Part shown: in pieces, positions 1-9,320 of the stretch
Layout: each line of letters opens with the position of its first letter
Numbering within the stretch: position 1 is the first letter of the stretch
From: a virus
IMG/VR virus record: IMGVR_UViG_3300014202_000879
Coordinates: 32,001-96,000 of that record
Length of the DNA: 64,000 nt
Reading direction: 5' to 3' (one strand)
Translations under genes and position numbers: made by a program
The notes under the pieces: model-generated
The model's input: only the letters and a program-made list of their open reading frames with translations
What the model was told of the DNA's origin: nothing
The model's database searches: none

Positions 1-165
1 GTAGTAAGTGGTATCTGGCAAAAATTTGTTATCCCTTTCAGATAGATGTCTGCATCAAAGCAGTAGGCCGTGCCAGCGGATAGAAACATCTAGAACCATA
101 CTAATCCATGGCGAAAAAGGAACCAGTGTGAGATATCGCTGGGGTGGGATTAAGATAGTTTGAAC

Positions 166-195
166 AGCCTATTAAGTTAGGCTGATTTTTTTTTT
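166..195 (+). terminator. Rho-independent terminator
   Basis: cagccta/taggctg stem followed by a long T run, just upstream of the early promoter motif. Confidence 0.7.
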
Positions 196-226
196 CACCT
201 GTGCTGCATGTATCTTTTTTCAATCA

Positions 227-245
227 TATATACCTTAACTGACAC
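227..245 (+). promoter_or_regulatory. putative early (virion-RNAP) promoter, copy 1
   Basis: tatataccttaactgacac; motif recurs 10 times upstream of accessory genes, AT-rich like phiKZ early TATATTAC promoters. Confidence 0.7.
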
Positions 246-325
246 TCTAGCCAACAGTGACTAGACGTGTCAGCTTCAGATGGAAGCAAAGGGTTAGTCT
301 ACACCCTGCACAAAAGGACAAGGAG
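239..325 (+). ncRNA. structured 5' leader: hairpin, hairpin, H-type pseudoknot, then SD
   Basis: ctgacac/gtgtcag, gcttc/gaagc, agggt/accct with loop gtct pairing to ggac, then aggag; pseudoknot part identical at 14947-14980 and 57980-58013. Confidence 0.65.
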
Positions 326-331
326 TTTCTC

Positions 332-667
332 ATGACGATTTTCACCAATACCACCGCCGCTGCCGCCTCGAACAACGTGCTGGGTAAAGTCATCGTTACC
401 CAAACGGGTAACCCTGGCGAGCGGTCGTACGACCCAGCCAAGCCGATGGTGATTCACGCCACCTTCGACCAGCAGTGGGGCGACGTCCCCGAGAAGGGCA
501 ACAAGGTTGCGATCTGTGACGATGGGGAAATGTATTGTCTCGTGTTCTTCAACCACGATGATGTCGACTACACGAACCCTCAGCCGTGTACCAACGCCCG
601 TCGTAAAGGCGGAGTAGGCGGGGGATCATTGGAACAGGCCATTGCTTCGTTTGGCCTGAACTGCTAA
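332..667 (+). CDS. hypothetical early protein (111 aa)
   Basis: AGGAG at 321-325 before ATG 332; follows promoter and leader; terminator downstream. Confidence 0.8.
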   Translation: MTIFTNTTAAAASNNVLGKVIVTQTGNPGERSYDPAKPMVIHATFDQQWGDVPEKGNKVAICDDGEMYCLVFFNHDDVDYTNPQPCTNARRKGGVGGGSLEQAIASFGLNC

Positions 668-680
668 TCACATCCCACAG

Positions 681-723
681 AGCCCAGCGATCACACCAAA
701 GATCGCTGGGCTTCTTTTTTTTT
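681..723 (+). terminator. Rho-independent terminator
   Basis: 12-bp stem agcccagcgatc/gatcgctgggct plus T tract. Confidence 0.85.
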
Positions 724-737
724 GCTCACACGTCACT

Positions 738-771
738 CTCCTACACTGTGCTACGGTGCACAGTGTAGGAG
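738..771. repeat. 14-bp inverted repeat between convergent genes
   Basis: ctcctacactgtgc/gcacagtgtaggag. Confidence 0.8.
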
Positions 772-805
772 GTGTTTCTATCCAATCTATATGACTATAT
801 ACCTT

Positions 806-1393
806 CTATGGATGACGATCCTTTTTCGTTACCCTACGAGGCTTGTTACTGGAGATCTTATCGATCTCTCTGGCGATACTTGCTTTGGCTGCCTCAGCGG
901 CTTTTGGAGCATCGGCCAGTTTCTCAGCACATATCTCGTGCGTCATATCGTTGTACCACTTAGGCCTCTTGATGAAGTCATCGTATGACACACCCGTTTG
1001 CTCAAAGATCTTGTTGTCCAAGAACCTTCTGAGTGAGTCCTTCTGCATGGATTCATCGTACCACAAAGCTTCGCACTTGTGCGTAGAGGAAGATGCAAAC
1101 ATATTGGGTTTGCTTCCACCCTCAAAAGCTTCTCTGTCAAGTAGGCCGTACTTCTGTTCATACATGTCGCGCAGAATAATCTGTATGTCAACATAGCTAA
1201 GTTCAACAGGAGGATCTTTTTTCCTCTGCTGTTTGCGCATCTCAGCTATGTTCTTGGTAAACTCCCTCAGCGTCAATATGGGTCTTTGACCATTGGCAAA
1301 TAAGCGATGAGGGATGGCTACACCTTCTCCTAGCCAGCCTGTGAGTTGCCGTTCCTCGACGCTATGTTCATAATGCGCCGAGAGAGTTGGACG
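806..1393 (-). CDS. probable -1 frameshift extension of the 547-aa ORF (or small ORF from TTG 1276)
   Basis: Frame is open from 1453 to 806, has no ATG/GTG upstream of TTG 1276 and no SD there, and is the -1 frame relative to the upstream ORF at a T7C slippery run. Confidence 0.6.
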   Translation of the reverse strand, partial: RPTLSAHYEHSVEERQLTGWLGEGVAIPHRLFANGQRPILTLREFTKNIAEMRKQQRKKDPPVELSYVDIQIILRDMYEQKYGLLDREAFEGGSKPNMFASSSTHKCEALWYDESMQKDSLRRFLDNKIFEQTGVSYDDFIKRPKWYNDMTHEICAEKLADAPKAAEAAKASIAREIDKISSNKPRRVTKKDRHP

Positions 1394-2973
1394 AAAAAAA
1401 GTGATTGCAGGTCCAAGATGATGGCGTTCTTGAACTGTGGAAGCTGGTGATCCTCACCCAGCGGCTGACCGCAGTTGGAGCACTCGACAACAGGAACGGC
1501 CACCACCGCCACCGTGGTTTTCACGATGAACTTCATGATCGCCTCGAGAATGCCTATGGCAGCCACCGTGTCGGAAGAGATCAGAGCCAGTTTGGATTTC
1601 AGTTCTTCCGTTTTGGTCAACGGAATGAAGTTGGCAAATGTCAGGCTATGGATCCAGTGGTAATGTTCCAGCAGCTTGGAAGAAGCAGCAAACTTGCGGT
1701 ACATGCTGTCGCGTTCTTCGTCAGAGATGTCCTTCGTGGCGTCGTTCACCAGACGGATAATGCCTTCGATCCACTCCAAGCCCAAGGTGGCCTGGCGGGC
1801 AATTTTGGGCACACGCAGTTCCAGAATCAGCTCACCGCCCGACGAAGTGGGCACCGTGACACGTTCACCTGCCGAGAAGTTCATGGCTTGTTGGTATTCC
1901 ATGACGGAATCGTAGGTCATCTGCTGGTTGCCGCGCTTGCACATGTGATCACGTTGCCGGTCAGTCAGCATGCTTTCATCGACCAGCTCCATCTTGTGAG
2001 GCGAAATCACGCCGCTGTTGACATGCTTGCATTTCTCGATATCGCGCGTACAGGCGATGCTGTAACGCATACCGCGTGGGTACATCGAGGCATTCAGCGC
2101 ATTCAAAAGCAGCGGGTAGTCGGTGGCGACAATAATGTCTTCGAACGTCTGATTGTTTGGCAGCAGGCGGCCATCGGCTTGCTTCGTGATGGAAGAAGCG
2201 TAAATTTTCGAGATAGCGAAGTCCACCAGCCGCTTTTGCGTGTAGGCAGTTGTGTTGCCAAAGACAGCACCGTGGGTCTCGCGTCCGAAGCGGATCTTGT
2301 CTTCGCCCAAGATGTGGTTGATCAGGATCAAGTCGTCTTCGTTGGGCGGCTTCATGGAGATCCAGAAACCAGAACCCCACAGAGCCGTCTTCATGGGCGT
2401 GCCTTGGCCCAGATAAGCTGTAAAGAGCAACTCGCCACGCTCGGCGTTGAGGTTGCGATCAGCGTCGCTGAAGGTGATGGGCGTAGAGCGAAGCGTATGA
2501 CCGTTGTGTTGGATGCTGTTGACGAACTTGGAGCCCTCGCGTTCCAGAATGCTCTGGTAGTCCGTCTGGAGATCTTTCTCTTGTGTGGGCACAACAGAAA
2601 AGCCATTGTGCAAAGCACGCGACCACGCCACCAAGTCTTCAGAGATACCTGGGTCCAGGTCCTCAGAAACGTTCCGGCCAGACTCCGTCAGCTGAGCAAG
2701 CGTTTGGTTGGGCAGTGCGATGTCACCCAACAGGTCGGTAGAGCCACCGGAAGTAAACGTGGAGTGCGGGTCCACGACAAACGTGACGTTCTGTGCACGA
2801 AACACAATGGGTTTGGCTGCTTCGTTGCGGGTATCGGTCGAGACCGCAGGCTGGTCGCCGGCCAAAATCTCAGACTGGTCCATCGTAGGCATAGATGCAG
2901 AGACATCTTGCGGGTCGCCCGATTGCGGAAATTCTTCAGAGAAAGAATCTTTGGGTGTAGGTACTTCGTTCAT
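1330..2973 (-). CDS. conserved phiKZ-like protein, putative tail/baseplate assembly chaperone (CxxC near C-terminus)
   Basis: 547-aa ORF, VECSNCG motif, ends in LFF slippery site; lies upstream and divergent of the vRNAP subunit as in phiKZ-like genomes. Confidence 0.65.
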   Translation of the reverse strand: MNEVPTPKDSFSEEFPQSGDPQDVSASMPTMDQSEILAGDQPAVSTDTRNEAAKPIVFRAQNVTFVVDPHSTFTSGGSTDLLGDIALPNQTLAQLTESGRNVSEDLDPGISEDLVAWSRALHNGFSVVPTQEKDLQTDYQSILEREGSKFVNSIQHNGHTLRSTPITFSDADRNLNAERGELLFTAYLGQGTPMKTALWGSGFWISMKPPNEDDLILINHILGEDKIRFGRETHGAVFGNTTAYTQKRLVDFAISKIYASSITKQADGRLLPNNQTFEDIIVATDYPLLLNALNASMYPRGMRYSIACTRDIEKCKHVNSGVISPHKMELVDESMLTDRQRDHMCKRGNQQMTYDSVMEYQQAMNFSAGERVTVPTSSGGELILELRVPKIARQATLGLEWIEGIIRLVNDATKDISDEERDSMYRKFAASSKLLEHYHWIHSLTFANFIPLTKTEELKSKLALISSDTVAAIGILEAIMKFIVKTTVAVVAVPVVECSNCGQPLGEDHQLPQFKNAIILDLQSLFFVQLSRRIMNIASRNGNSQAG

Positions 2974-2983
2974 AGGGATGGTC

Positions 2984-3541
2984 TTACTGGGGTTGGGTTG
3001 GTTTCTCGACGATCACCGCATCGGTGATCACGTTCACGTCGGTGGCTGGGTCTGGATCGTCAGGCAGCTTGTCGGTCAGCTCGGTCAGTCGCAGGCGCTC
3101 GTCTACCAGCTCCACCATGAAAGGTGCACTCACTGCCAACATGCGCTCACGCAGTTCGCTGTAGAGCGAATAGCATTCCAGTGCGCTTGCAAACTCATCG
3201 TTGGATTTGACAGGGCCTGATTTGAACTGGCCGGTCTCGTCGGAATGCTTGGCTTCGATGGACGCCAACTCTTCCAGCAAGTCGGCAGTTTTGATCGTTA
3301 AGTCGGCGAAAGCCGTGCTGAATACAGGATTGGGCGAGCCCAGATTTTTACCGACGGTCAGGAGCCGGTTGGCTACCGAGCTATTGGCATCGAAGCTTTC
3401 CACTAGGCCGCCACCAATCTCTCGGTGAAGTACCTGAAGCGAACTCCAATCCAGCTGGTCGGATGCAGGCCGGTTGTTAGAAATGTAGTTCTGCACCAGC
3501 ATTGAGCTGATGTTAGGTTTCGATTTTGCTGCTTTGCCCAT
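2984..3541 (-). CDS. hypothetical helical protein
   Basis: 185-aa ORF, AAGGAAG upstream of ATG, tightly packed with next gene. Confidence 0.8.
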   Translation of the reverse strand: MGKAAKSKPNISSMLVQNYISNNRPASDQLDWSSLQVLHREIGGGLVESFDANSSVANRLLTVGKNLGSPNPVFSTAFADLTIKTADLLEELASIEAKHSDETGQFKSGPVKSNDEFASALECYSLYSELRERMLAVSAPFMVELVDERLRLTELTDKLPDDPDPATDVNVITDAVIVEKPTQPQ

Positions 3542-3646
3542 GGCGCTTCCTTTGAACTTAAAAATTGAAGTATCGACAGCTTAAACAACCATTGCGTAAG
3601 CTTGGTGTCAAATGATTTTAACCCTGCAACTCTTTTTACCAGTACC

Positions 3647-4501
3647 ATGGACCACACATTAACATTTTTCATCCAATCAGGCTATACAGCAGAATTGCGC
3701 GATCAGATCTTCCGGGCTTTTAAGCTGCTGGAGGAATTTGATTTCCCAGATTTGTACAGCCGCTATCATCAGATCATCGGCAACGACCAGCTTGTCTACA
3801 ACATCGACCTGCGCGACAGCTTTCTCCATCAGGTGAATGAAGATCTTCGGTTTGTAGGAAACTTGCATTCTGTCGAGTTTATCGATGGGATCAACCTGCT
3901 TACCTTGGTGGATCTGACTGAGTTCTTCATGACCATTCAGCACCTGGTAGATTACGACATGATCCTGTCGACCATGGAGTCCTCTGAACTCACCGACGAA
4001 GAGATGTTGGTGGAGATCATGAACGAATACACAGGGATCGATCACTCGGCTCTGACGGAATACATAGAGACGTTCAATCCGAAGTTTCTGGAATACCTGA
4101 AGTTGTATGCCATGAGTCGCCAAGGTATGCAGCTGCCCGAGGTATCACAAGAAGTGATCGACCGAAGGGCAACCATCTTGAAGAACATCACGACATACAA
4201 GACACATATCGATGGCGATGCCGTGGGCGTGGCGTTGGTGGAGCTGGGTGTCCTTTTGGATCAGCCTTTCGATACCTACTACAACCTGGTGGCTGACGAT
4301 TTGCAGGCCAAGAAGCCCATCGAGCTGGCCAGCGACATTGTTTCACTGAGCATCGTCTGTCGGCAAGAGGATGCGTCACCCACCGAGAACTTCAGAAAGG
4401 TATCTGAAGGTATGGGTCTACCCATAAACACCATCGTGATGGTGGAACAAGCCATCGCTACAACGTTCTCAGCCTATAACGCAATGGTGAAAGTGGTATG
4501 A
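3647..4501 (+). CDS. conserved hypothetical protein preceding vRNAP subunit
   Basis: Long ORF, ATGA overlap with next gene; start taken at ATG 3647. Confidence 0.8.
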   Translation: MDHTLTFFIQSGYTAELRDQIFRAFKLLEEFDFPDLYSRYHQIIGNDQLVYNIDLRDSFLHQVNEDLRFVGNLHSVEFIDGINLLTLVDLTEFFMTIQHLVDYDMILSTMESSELTDEEMLVEIMNEYTGIDHSALTEYIETFNPKFLEYLKLYAMSRQGMQLPEVSQEVIDRRATILKNITTYKTHIDGDAVGVALVELGVLLDQPFDTYYNLVADDLQAKKPIELASDIVSLSIVCRQEDASPTENFRKVSEGMGLPINTIVMVEQAIATTFSAYNAMVKVV

Positions 4502-5793
4502 AAAAACTCGATCTACTCAAACAAGTCTGCCAGTCAGAAACCATCTACAACCACGACTGGGTGATATCCGCATTCTCTGTATCCAGAGCACCCAAGGTAC
4601 AGACACCTTACCCTTTCTATATCTACTCAGACGACACGGGCTACTACGTCTACAATACGTCTGGTGAGTATGAGAAGATCGACGATTCTAAGGTCGATGA
4701 GCCTTTGTTTGATATGTACACAGGTTTCGAAGTAGATCCATCGTGGGCCATCAACATCAAGAGCAAGATGGTGATCACGGCTTCTGCACTGGTAGCCAAC
4801 ATGTATTTGTTTGTGCATCCGTTTGGTAGCAAGATACCTTGCCCTGGTACCGATTTCAACCCAGGCAAGTTTGAAGACATGCTTGCGCCCAAGCTGAAGT
4901 CTTTGCCCGAAGGCAACCAGGACCGAGATCCCAATGCCATTTACGTGGATGAGTACATCGAGTTCGCAGATGCGCTGCAGTCCCTGAAGTGTTTCGCCAT
5001 GATCTTCAGCATCTGTGTCACTGAGAAAAATCTGGTTTCGCCCACAGGTATCGACAAGTTCAAAAGCGACTTGGATAAGGAGTACGAGGGTCGTTTGGAT
5101 GACCCATTGACTCTCATCGAGTACGAGAAGAAACTCAAGGATTTCGATAAAGCATTCCTGAGTGACGATAAATCGTACGGTACGTTTACCAGCGGCAAGA
5201 TTCTGGAGAGCCGCAAGAAACTCTTCTTGGCAGTAGGTGCTGACCAGCTGAGATTCAGAGAAGACAGACCTAACACGGTGGTGCTGAATTCCTTGCGTCA
5301 GGGTTGGTCAGAAGACCCTGAGCAGTTTGCAGCCATGGTCAACTCGGCCCGTATTGGATCGCTGGCCCGTGGTGGTGAGACCGTTAAAGGCGGTATGACT
5401 GCCAAGATCGTTACCCGTGCAATAAACACAGAGAAGATCGTAGACGGCGACTGTAAATCCACAATGGGTATGATTCGGTTCTTTGGCGACTCCAACTTAG
5501 ACAAGCTGGTGGGGTCCTATGTCATGAATGGCGCAAAGACAGAACTGGTCACCGAGGAGAACTCAGGGGCGTATCTGAACAAAGTGCTCAGTGTGCGCTC
5601 TCCGTCTTACTGTTGGTCGCCTGCAGGCACACGCTGTCGCGTATGTGCCGGTGAAAAGTTATTCAGATACAAAGATGCTATGACTATTCCCGGTATGGAA
5701 GTCTCAGCTATCACGCTGGCTGCCTCCATGGCCGCTATGCACGGAAAACCGTTTCTCACCACCAAAATCGATTTGGAAAGACAGTTCTCATGA
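4498..5793 (+). CDS. virion RNA polymerase beta' C-terminal subunit (phiKZ gp80-like)
   Basis: bridge-helix-like ARIGSLARGGETVKGG, DCKST..G and VRSPSYC...C..CAG Zn motif, and AMHG trigger-loop-like end, all typical of beta' C-terminal half. Confidence 0.85.
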   Translation: MKKLDLLKQVCQSETIYNHDWVISAFSVSRAPKVQTPYPFYIYSDDTGYYVYNTSGEYEKIDDSKVDEPLFDMYTGFEVDPSWAINIKSKMVITASALVANMYLFVHPFGSKIPCPGTDFNPGKFEDMLAPKLKSLPEGNQDRDPNAIYVDEYIEFADALQSLKCFAMIFSICVTEKNLVSPTGIDKFKSDLDKEYEGRLDDPLTLIEYEKKLKDFDKAFLSDDKSYGTFTSGKILESRKKLFLAVGADQLRFREDRPNTVVLNSLRQGWSEDPEQFAAMVNSARIGSLARGGETVKGGMTAKIVTRAINTEKIVDGDCKSTMGMIRFFGDSNLDKLVGSYVMNGAKTELVTEENSGAYLNKVLSVRSPSYCWSPAGTRCRVCAGEKLFRYKDAMTIPGMEVSAITLAASMAAMHGKPFLTTKIDLERQFS

Positions 5794-6515
5794 ACGAAAA
5801 CCAGTACCAGCCACGCGGTTTTACACCGTATCAACAGGAACGCCCATCGTACCAACAGGACCGTCCGTCTTACAATCAAGGCGGCAATAGCCAACAGAAC
5901 GGTCAACAAAACCGGCAACAGGAACGGCCTCCGTTGCCCAAACCGGTTTTCTACAAACCCTTTGTGGTAACCAGCAACCGCGATGTCCCGGAGCAGATCA
6001 AGGTGCGTGCGATCGAATTGACGCGTGCTCTTATTGCTGCGGGGCACACTGCTCGGGTGGGTAAGATGGACGGCCTGGAGGCCGACGTCGCTGCTGCCGT
6101 GACACAAAACACGGAGTGTCACATTCCGTGGAAGAACTTCGCAGACAGCGACAGCAAAAACAACTTCAACACCCCTGAGATCTTGGCGATTGCAAAACAT
6201 TTTGCCACAGGCTGGGATCAGGTCAAGTTCACGATCCAGGGTTTCATGGGCAAGAACGTTCGTCTCTTGCTGGGTAACAAAGCCATGACGCTGGCCCAGT
6301 TCATGATCTGCTACACCGACGATGGTGCCGAGACCACCAAAGAGGTCACACCGCGTGCCGGTATGTGTGGTCATGCCATCAAGGTAGCCGATTTTTACAA
6401 CATCCCGGTGTTCAACCTCAAGCACCAGGACTGCGAGTCCCGAGTTATGGCTATGTTTGGCTGTGACGACAAAACCCGCCCCATGCAGATCACCCAAGAC
6501 CAGCTGCCCGATTAA
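5790..6515 (+). CDS. DprA/SLOG-family protein with Q/N-rich N-terminus
   Basis: PWKNF, KNVRLLLG, FMICYTDDG, GHAIKVA...IPVFNL motifs of phage DprA-like SLOG proteins. Confidence 0.7.
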   Translation: MNENQYQPRGFTPYQQERPSYQQDRPSYNQGGNSQQNGQQNRQQERPPLPKPVFYKPFVVTSNRDVPEQIKVRAIELTRALIAAGHTARVGKMDGLEADVAAAVTQNTECHIPWKNFADSDSKNNFNTPEILAIAKHFATGWDQVKFTIQGFMGKNVRLLLGNKAMTLAQFMICYTDDGAETTKEVTPRAGMCGHAIKVADFYNIPVFNLKHQDCESRVMAMFGCDDKTRPMQITQDQLPD

Positions 6516-6542
6516 CCAACCAACTCAAATAGGACAACACCA

Positions 6543-7175
6543 ATGCCTGACGAACTGAACCCATCGATCACACCCGTGACCAACAACGAACCCGTGGTTG
6601 ATACCACAGCCGTGGAAAACACCGGCACTGTGGTCAACGACCCCCCCGAGGATACGGCAGCAACCCCAGAACCTGCACCCGAAACCCCACCGGAAGCCCC
6701 TGCTGTTCGGATGACTGTCGCCGAGATGATCGAGCACTACAAGGTCAATGGAACGCCTCAACAAAAGGGTTTCTTTGAGACCATGGCCGACTACTCGTAT
6801 CAGATGCGCCCCATGTACAACGCAGCGGTGAGCAATCAGCTGCTGCAACAACGTCAGCTCTTTGCTGCGTTCCTGGACTTGTTTGGCAGCTACCACGGCA
6901 GCGACTTCGGTGACTACTGGAAATGCGTTGTCGGTTATGGCAAGACCCTGGCCAAGGACCATGGTACCTTTGGTCATGACAACTACCTGCGCCACTCCTA
7001 CAAGCTGTACGGAGACGAGAAAGCTCTCTCGCAGCACAAGGCCCTCATGCTGCTGTTTGTGACCATGCTGCAAGGCGGCAAGAAAGCCATCTCTGAATCG
7101 GTGGTCATGGCCAAAGTGGAAGCACTTGGTTTCGAACCCAATGTCATGCGCGGCATCCACCGAGCTTACCTGTAA
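6543..7175 (+). CDS. hypothetical protein, P/E/T-rich N-terminus
   Basis: 210-aa ORF, AGGA RBS. Confidence 0.8.
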   Translation: MPDELNPSITPVTNNEPVVDTTAVENTGTVVNDPPEDTAATPEPAPETPPEAPAVRMTVAEMIEHYKVNGTPQQKGFFETMADYSYQMRPMYNAAVSNQLLQQRQLFAAFLDLFGSYHGSDFGDYWKCVVGYGKTLAKDHGTFGHDNYLRHSYKLYGDEKALSQHKALMLLFVTMLQGGKKAISESVVMAKVEALGFEPNVMRGIHRAYL

Positions 7176-7184
7176 GGATCGATC

Positions 7185-7676
7185 ATGGACATCGATCTGT
7201 TTTACGAAACCCTGTGTGGTGTCTTGGGCACCTACCTCGTTGCCGGTGTTCCTGACCCAGCGACCCAGAATCATGGCCAAGTGCATCTTGGCTTGATTGC
7301 TCTGGGTCGCGACAAGCTGGATTTCGAAATTCAGTCGGGATCATTCAGCAACCTGGGGTGCCGGTACTTTGGTACCATTCAGTTACCATCTGGAAAAACC
7401 AACATCGTTTTCCATGGGCTGGTGACGCTCAACGACAACATCGAGCTGCGTATTGGTGTGGAGAACATCAAGGTTGTCGACAGTGTCGTTCAAAAAGTTG
7501 CTTCGATTGAATTCAATTTGAGCAATGAAAGAGCACTGATGACGTTCAAAGGCAACCCCGATCTGGAGTTGTTCGATGAGCTCTTTGTGATCAACGCTAT
7601 CTTGATTGCCGTCAACACCGAATGGGATTTTGAATCCAGGATCCGTCTGGCAAAAGCCTGGCACCATCTGCAGTAA
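7185..7676 (+). CDS. hypothetical protein
   Basis: 163-aa ORF, AAGGA RBS, operonic. Confidence 0.8.
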   Translation: MDIDLFYETLCGVLGTYLVAGVPDPATQNHGQVHLGLIALGRDKLDFEIQSGSFSNLGCRYFGTIQLPSGKTNIVFHGLVTLNDNIELRIGVENIKVVDSVVQKVASIEFNLSNERALMTFKGNPDLELFDELFVINAILIAVNTEWDFESRIRLAKAWHHLQ

Positions 7677-7691
7677 AACGCCTTGGCACTG

Positions 7692-7727
7692 TCCGTGTAC
7701 TGTGGGGACATCCCCACAGTACACGGA
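7692..7727. repeat. 17-bp perfect inverted repeat
   Basis: tccgtgtactgtgggga-ca-tccccacagtacacgga. Confidence 0.85.
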
Positions 7728-7788
7728 GTATTTGTTCTAAACTTGCGCAAATTGCATGTAAAACTTCTCACACGCAAAGGAAACCACC

Positions 7789-9243
7789 ATGAGCCAATAC
7801 CACATATCCATGATCAACCTGGGCCTGGACGACAACAAAGATCCTGTTAAGGGCCCCGATGTGATTGCTGAAGCCATGCTGAAACTCAAAGCCGACATCG
7901 GTGACGCTGAGCAAACCCAAGCTCCTGACGACACACAGCAGTTCGATAGCCTACCGCAATCCAGTCGTACTTTGGTTGTGGCCACGGAGTCGCTCGATGA
8001 CTCTCAGGACCAGGATGAACAGACAATGGAGCTAAGGCAAAAAACAATAGCAGCAAATCAGAAGAAGAATATCGTTAACTCCAGTGCTTCTGGGGTTTTT
8101 GGCAGCCGCCTTGACTTCCACAAGCCGGCCCTTACCTTCAGTCAACGGGTCGAGGCCCTCAGGCAAGAGATGCTGGCTTCGCAAACTGTGGTCGAAATAG
8201 ACTCCTTGGCTTGTGCTACAGACCAAAGCGAAGTCGGTTCGCCTGCCTTGGAGAGTCAATCGGTAGATGCCAGCACCAAAAAGATTTCTGCGGCCCATAT
8301 TGGAGGGGTATTCGATAAGCGGAACTCTGGGTTGTATGCCAATGACCCCGTACTGTATCTCAGCAAGGTGGTCGGTGAAGAAAGGCCTGGGGCATTCAGT
8401 AACGACCCCATGTCATACTCCGAATACAAAACATTCCTCGAACGTTTCGGGGAAAATGGCAAAGCAGTACTACTTAAACAGCAAGCCTCCGGTAGTGATG
8501 CATTTCATGCCGATGTCGTTGAAATGGACTCCTTGGGCTGGTCTCGTCCGAATCAACCCAAGGAAACCCAAGACAAGGTGCAGGTCATCCTGACATGCAT
8601 ACTGATGACAAACATCGTTCGTACACGTGGCGGAAGCAAATCACTTTCCAGCACAAGCATGGGGTTGTGGTATTGGCAAACAGTAAAGACACCGAAGGAT
8701 TTGGTCGGGTTGCTTTCCTACACCATGAGCTCCAAAACCGATTGGAACCTCGATTTCCGAAAGCTGTTGGCCAAAAACTCTTCCGTTGTGAAGTCGCTCA
8801 GAAGTCTGGTGAACCTGAACGGAGACGACAACGACGACATCTCCGATGAGCAATTCCTGTTCGCCATCAGTGACAAAGAGATGGTGTTCATTCTGGCTGC
8901 TTGGTTGGGCATGCAGTTCGAGGAAACCAAAACGCTGTACCAGGAGAGAAATCCTGGTGAAGACGAGGGACCTGTCTACCGTTCTAAATGCGATGAAGCA
9001 ATGTCTGAGTCGCAATTTCAACGGGTGCATCGGTCTGTACAGTGGCATGCTACCAACAACTTTGCGGCCCTTTATAACAATGTAAGGGATATCGTTCAGT
9101 CGACCATCGTCAAGCTGAAGGTTAATTTTGAAAAGCCCGCCGAGAAGAGAGCAAGCTTGCGCAGAGAAAAGAAAAAGAAGGTGCTTAAAGACTACAAGGG
9201 GTCTGTCGCCTACAAGCTGATCAATTCCTTCAAGGCAAAGTGA
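7789..9243 (+). CDS. putative virion head protein with cleaved propeptide
   Basis: 484 aa, acidic N-terminus with VATE and PALE (A-X-E) motifs. Confidence 0.6.
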   Translation: MSQYHISMINLGLDDNKDPVKGPDVIAEAMLKLKADIGDAEQTQAPDDTQQFDSLPQSSRTLVVATESLDDSQDQDEQTMELRQKTIAANQKKNIVNSSASGVFGSRLDFHKPALTFSQRVEALRQEMLASQTVVEIDSLACATDQSEVGSPALESQSVDASTKKISAAHIGGVFDKRNSGLYANDPVLYLSKVVGEERPGAFSNDPMSYSEYKTFLERFGENGKAVLLKQQASGSDAFHADVVEMDSLGWSRPNQPKETQDKVQVILTCILMTNIVRTRGGSKSLSSTSMGLWYWQTVKTPKDLVGLLSYTMSSKTDWNLDFRKLLAKNSSVVKSLRSLVNLNGDDNDDISDEQFLFAISDKEMVFILAAWLGMQFEETKTLYQERNPGEDEGPVYRSKCDEAMSESQFQRVHRSVQWHATNNFAALYNNVRDIVQSTIVKLKVNFEKPAEKRASLRREKKKKVLKDYKGSVAYKLINSFKAK

Positions 9244-9303
9244 GCATCGTTTCTACTCCTCGGTAAAGGGGGGTAGAAGCCTGTTCTAAGGTTGTGTGGG
9301 TTC

Positions 9304-9320
9304 TATATACCTCAACCGAC
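9304..9320 (+). promoter_or_regulatory. early promoter variant
   Basis: tatatacctcaaccgac. Confidence 0.5.

Noticed and set aside
288-321. preQ1-I riboswitch: GGUU.AG.CUACACCCU...AAAA resembles the B. subtilis queC aptamer
   Set aside because: The riboswitch register gives only a weak P1 and P2. Sibling leaders keep the fold but not the ligand-contact bases, and downstream genes are unrelated to queuosine. It is kept as a generic pseudoknot; cmsearch would settle it.
1405-3027. Long antisense ORFs (also 24540-25568, 28887-29840, 33468-34850, 52537-53565)
   Set aside because: They are shadows of strongly codon-biased sense genes, with no RBS and implausible composition.
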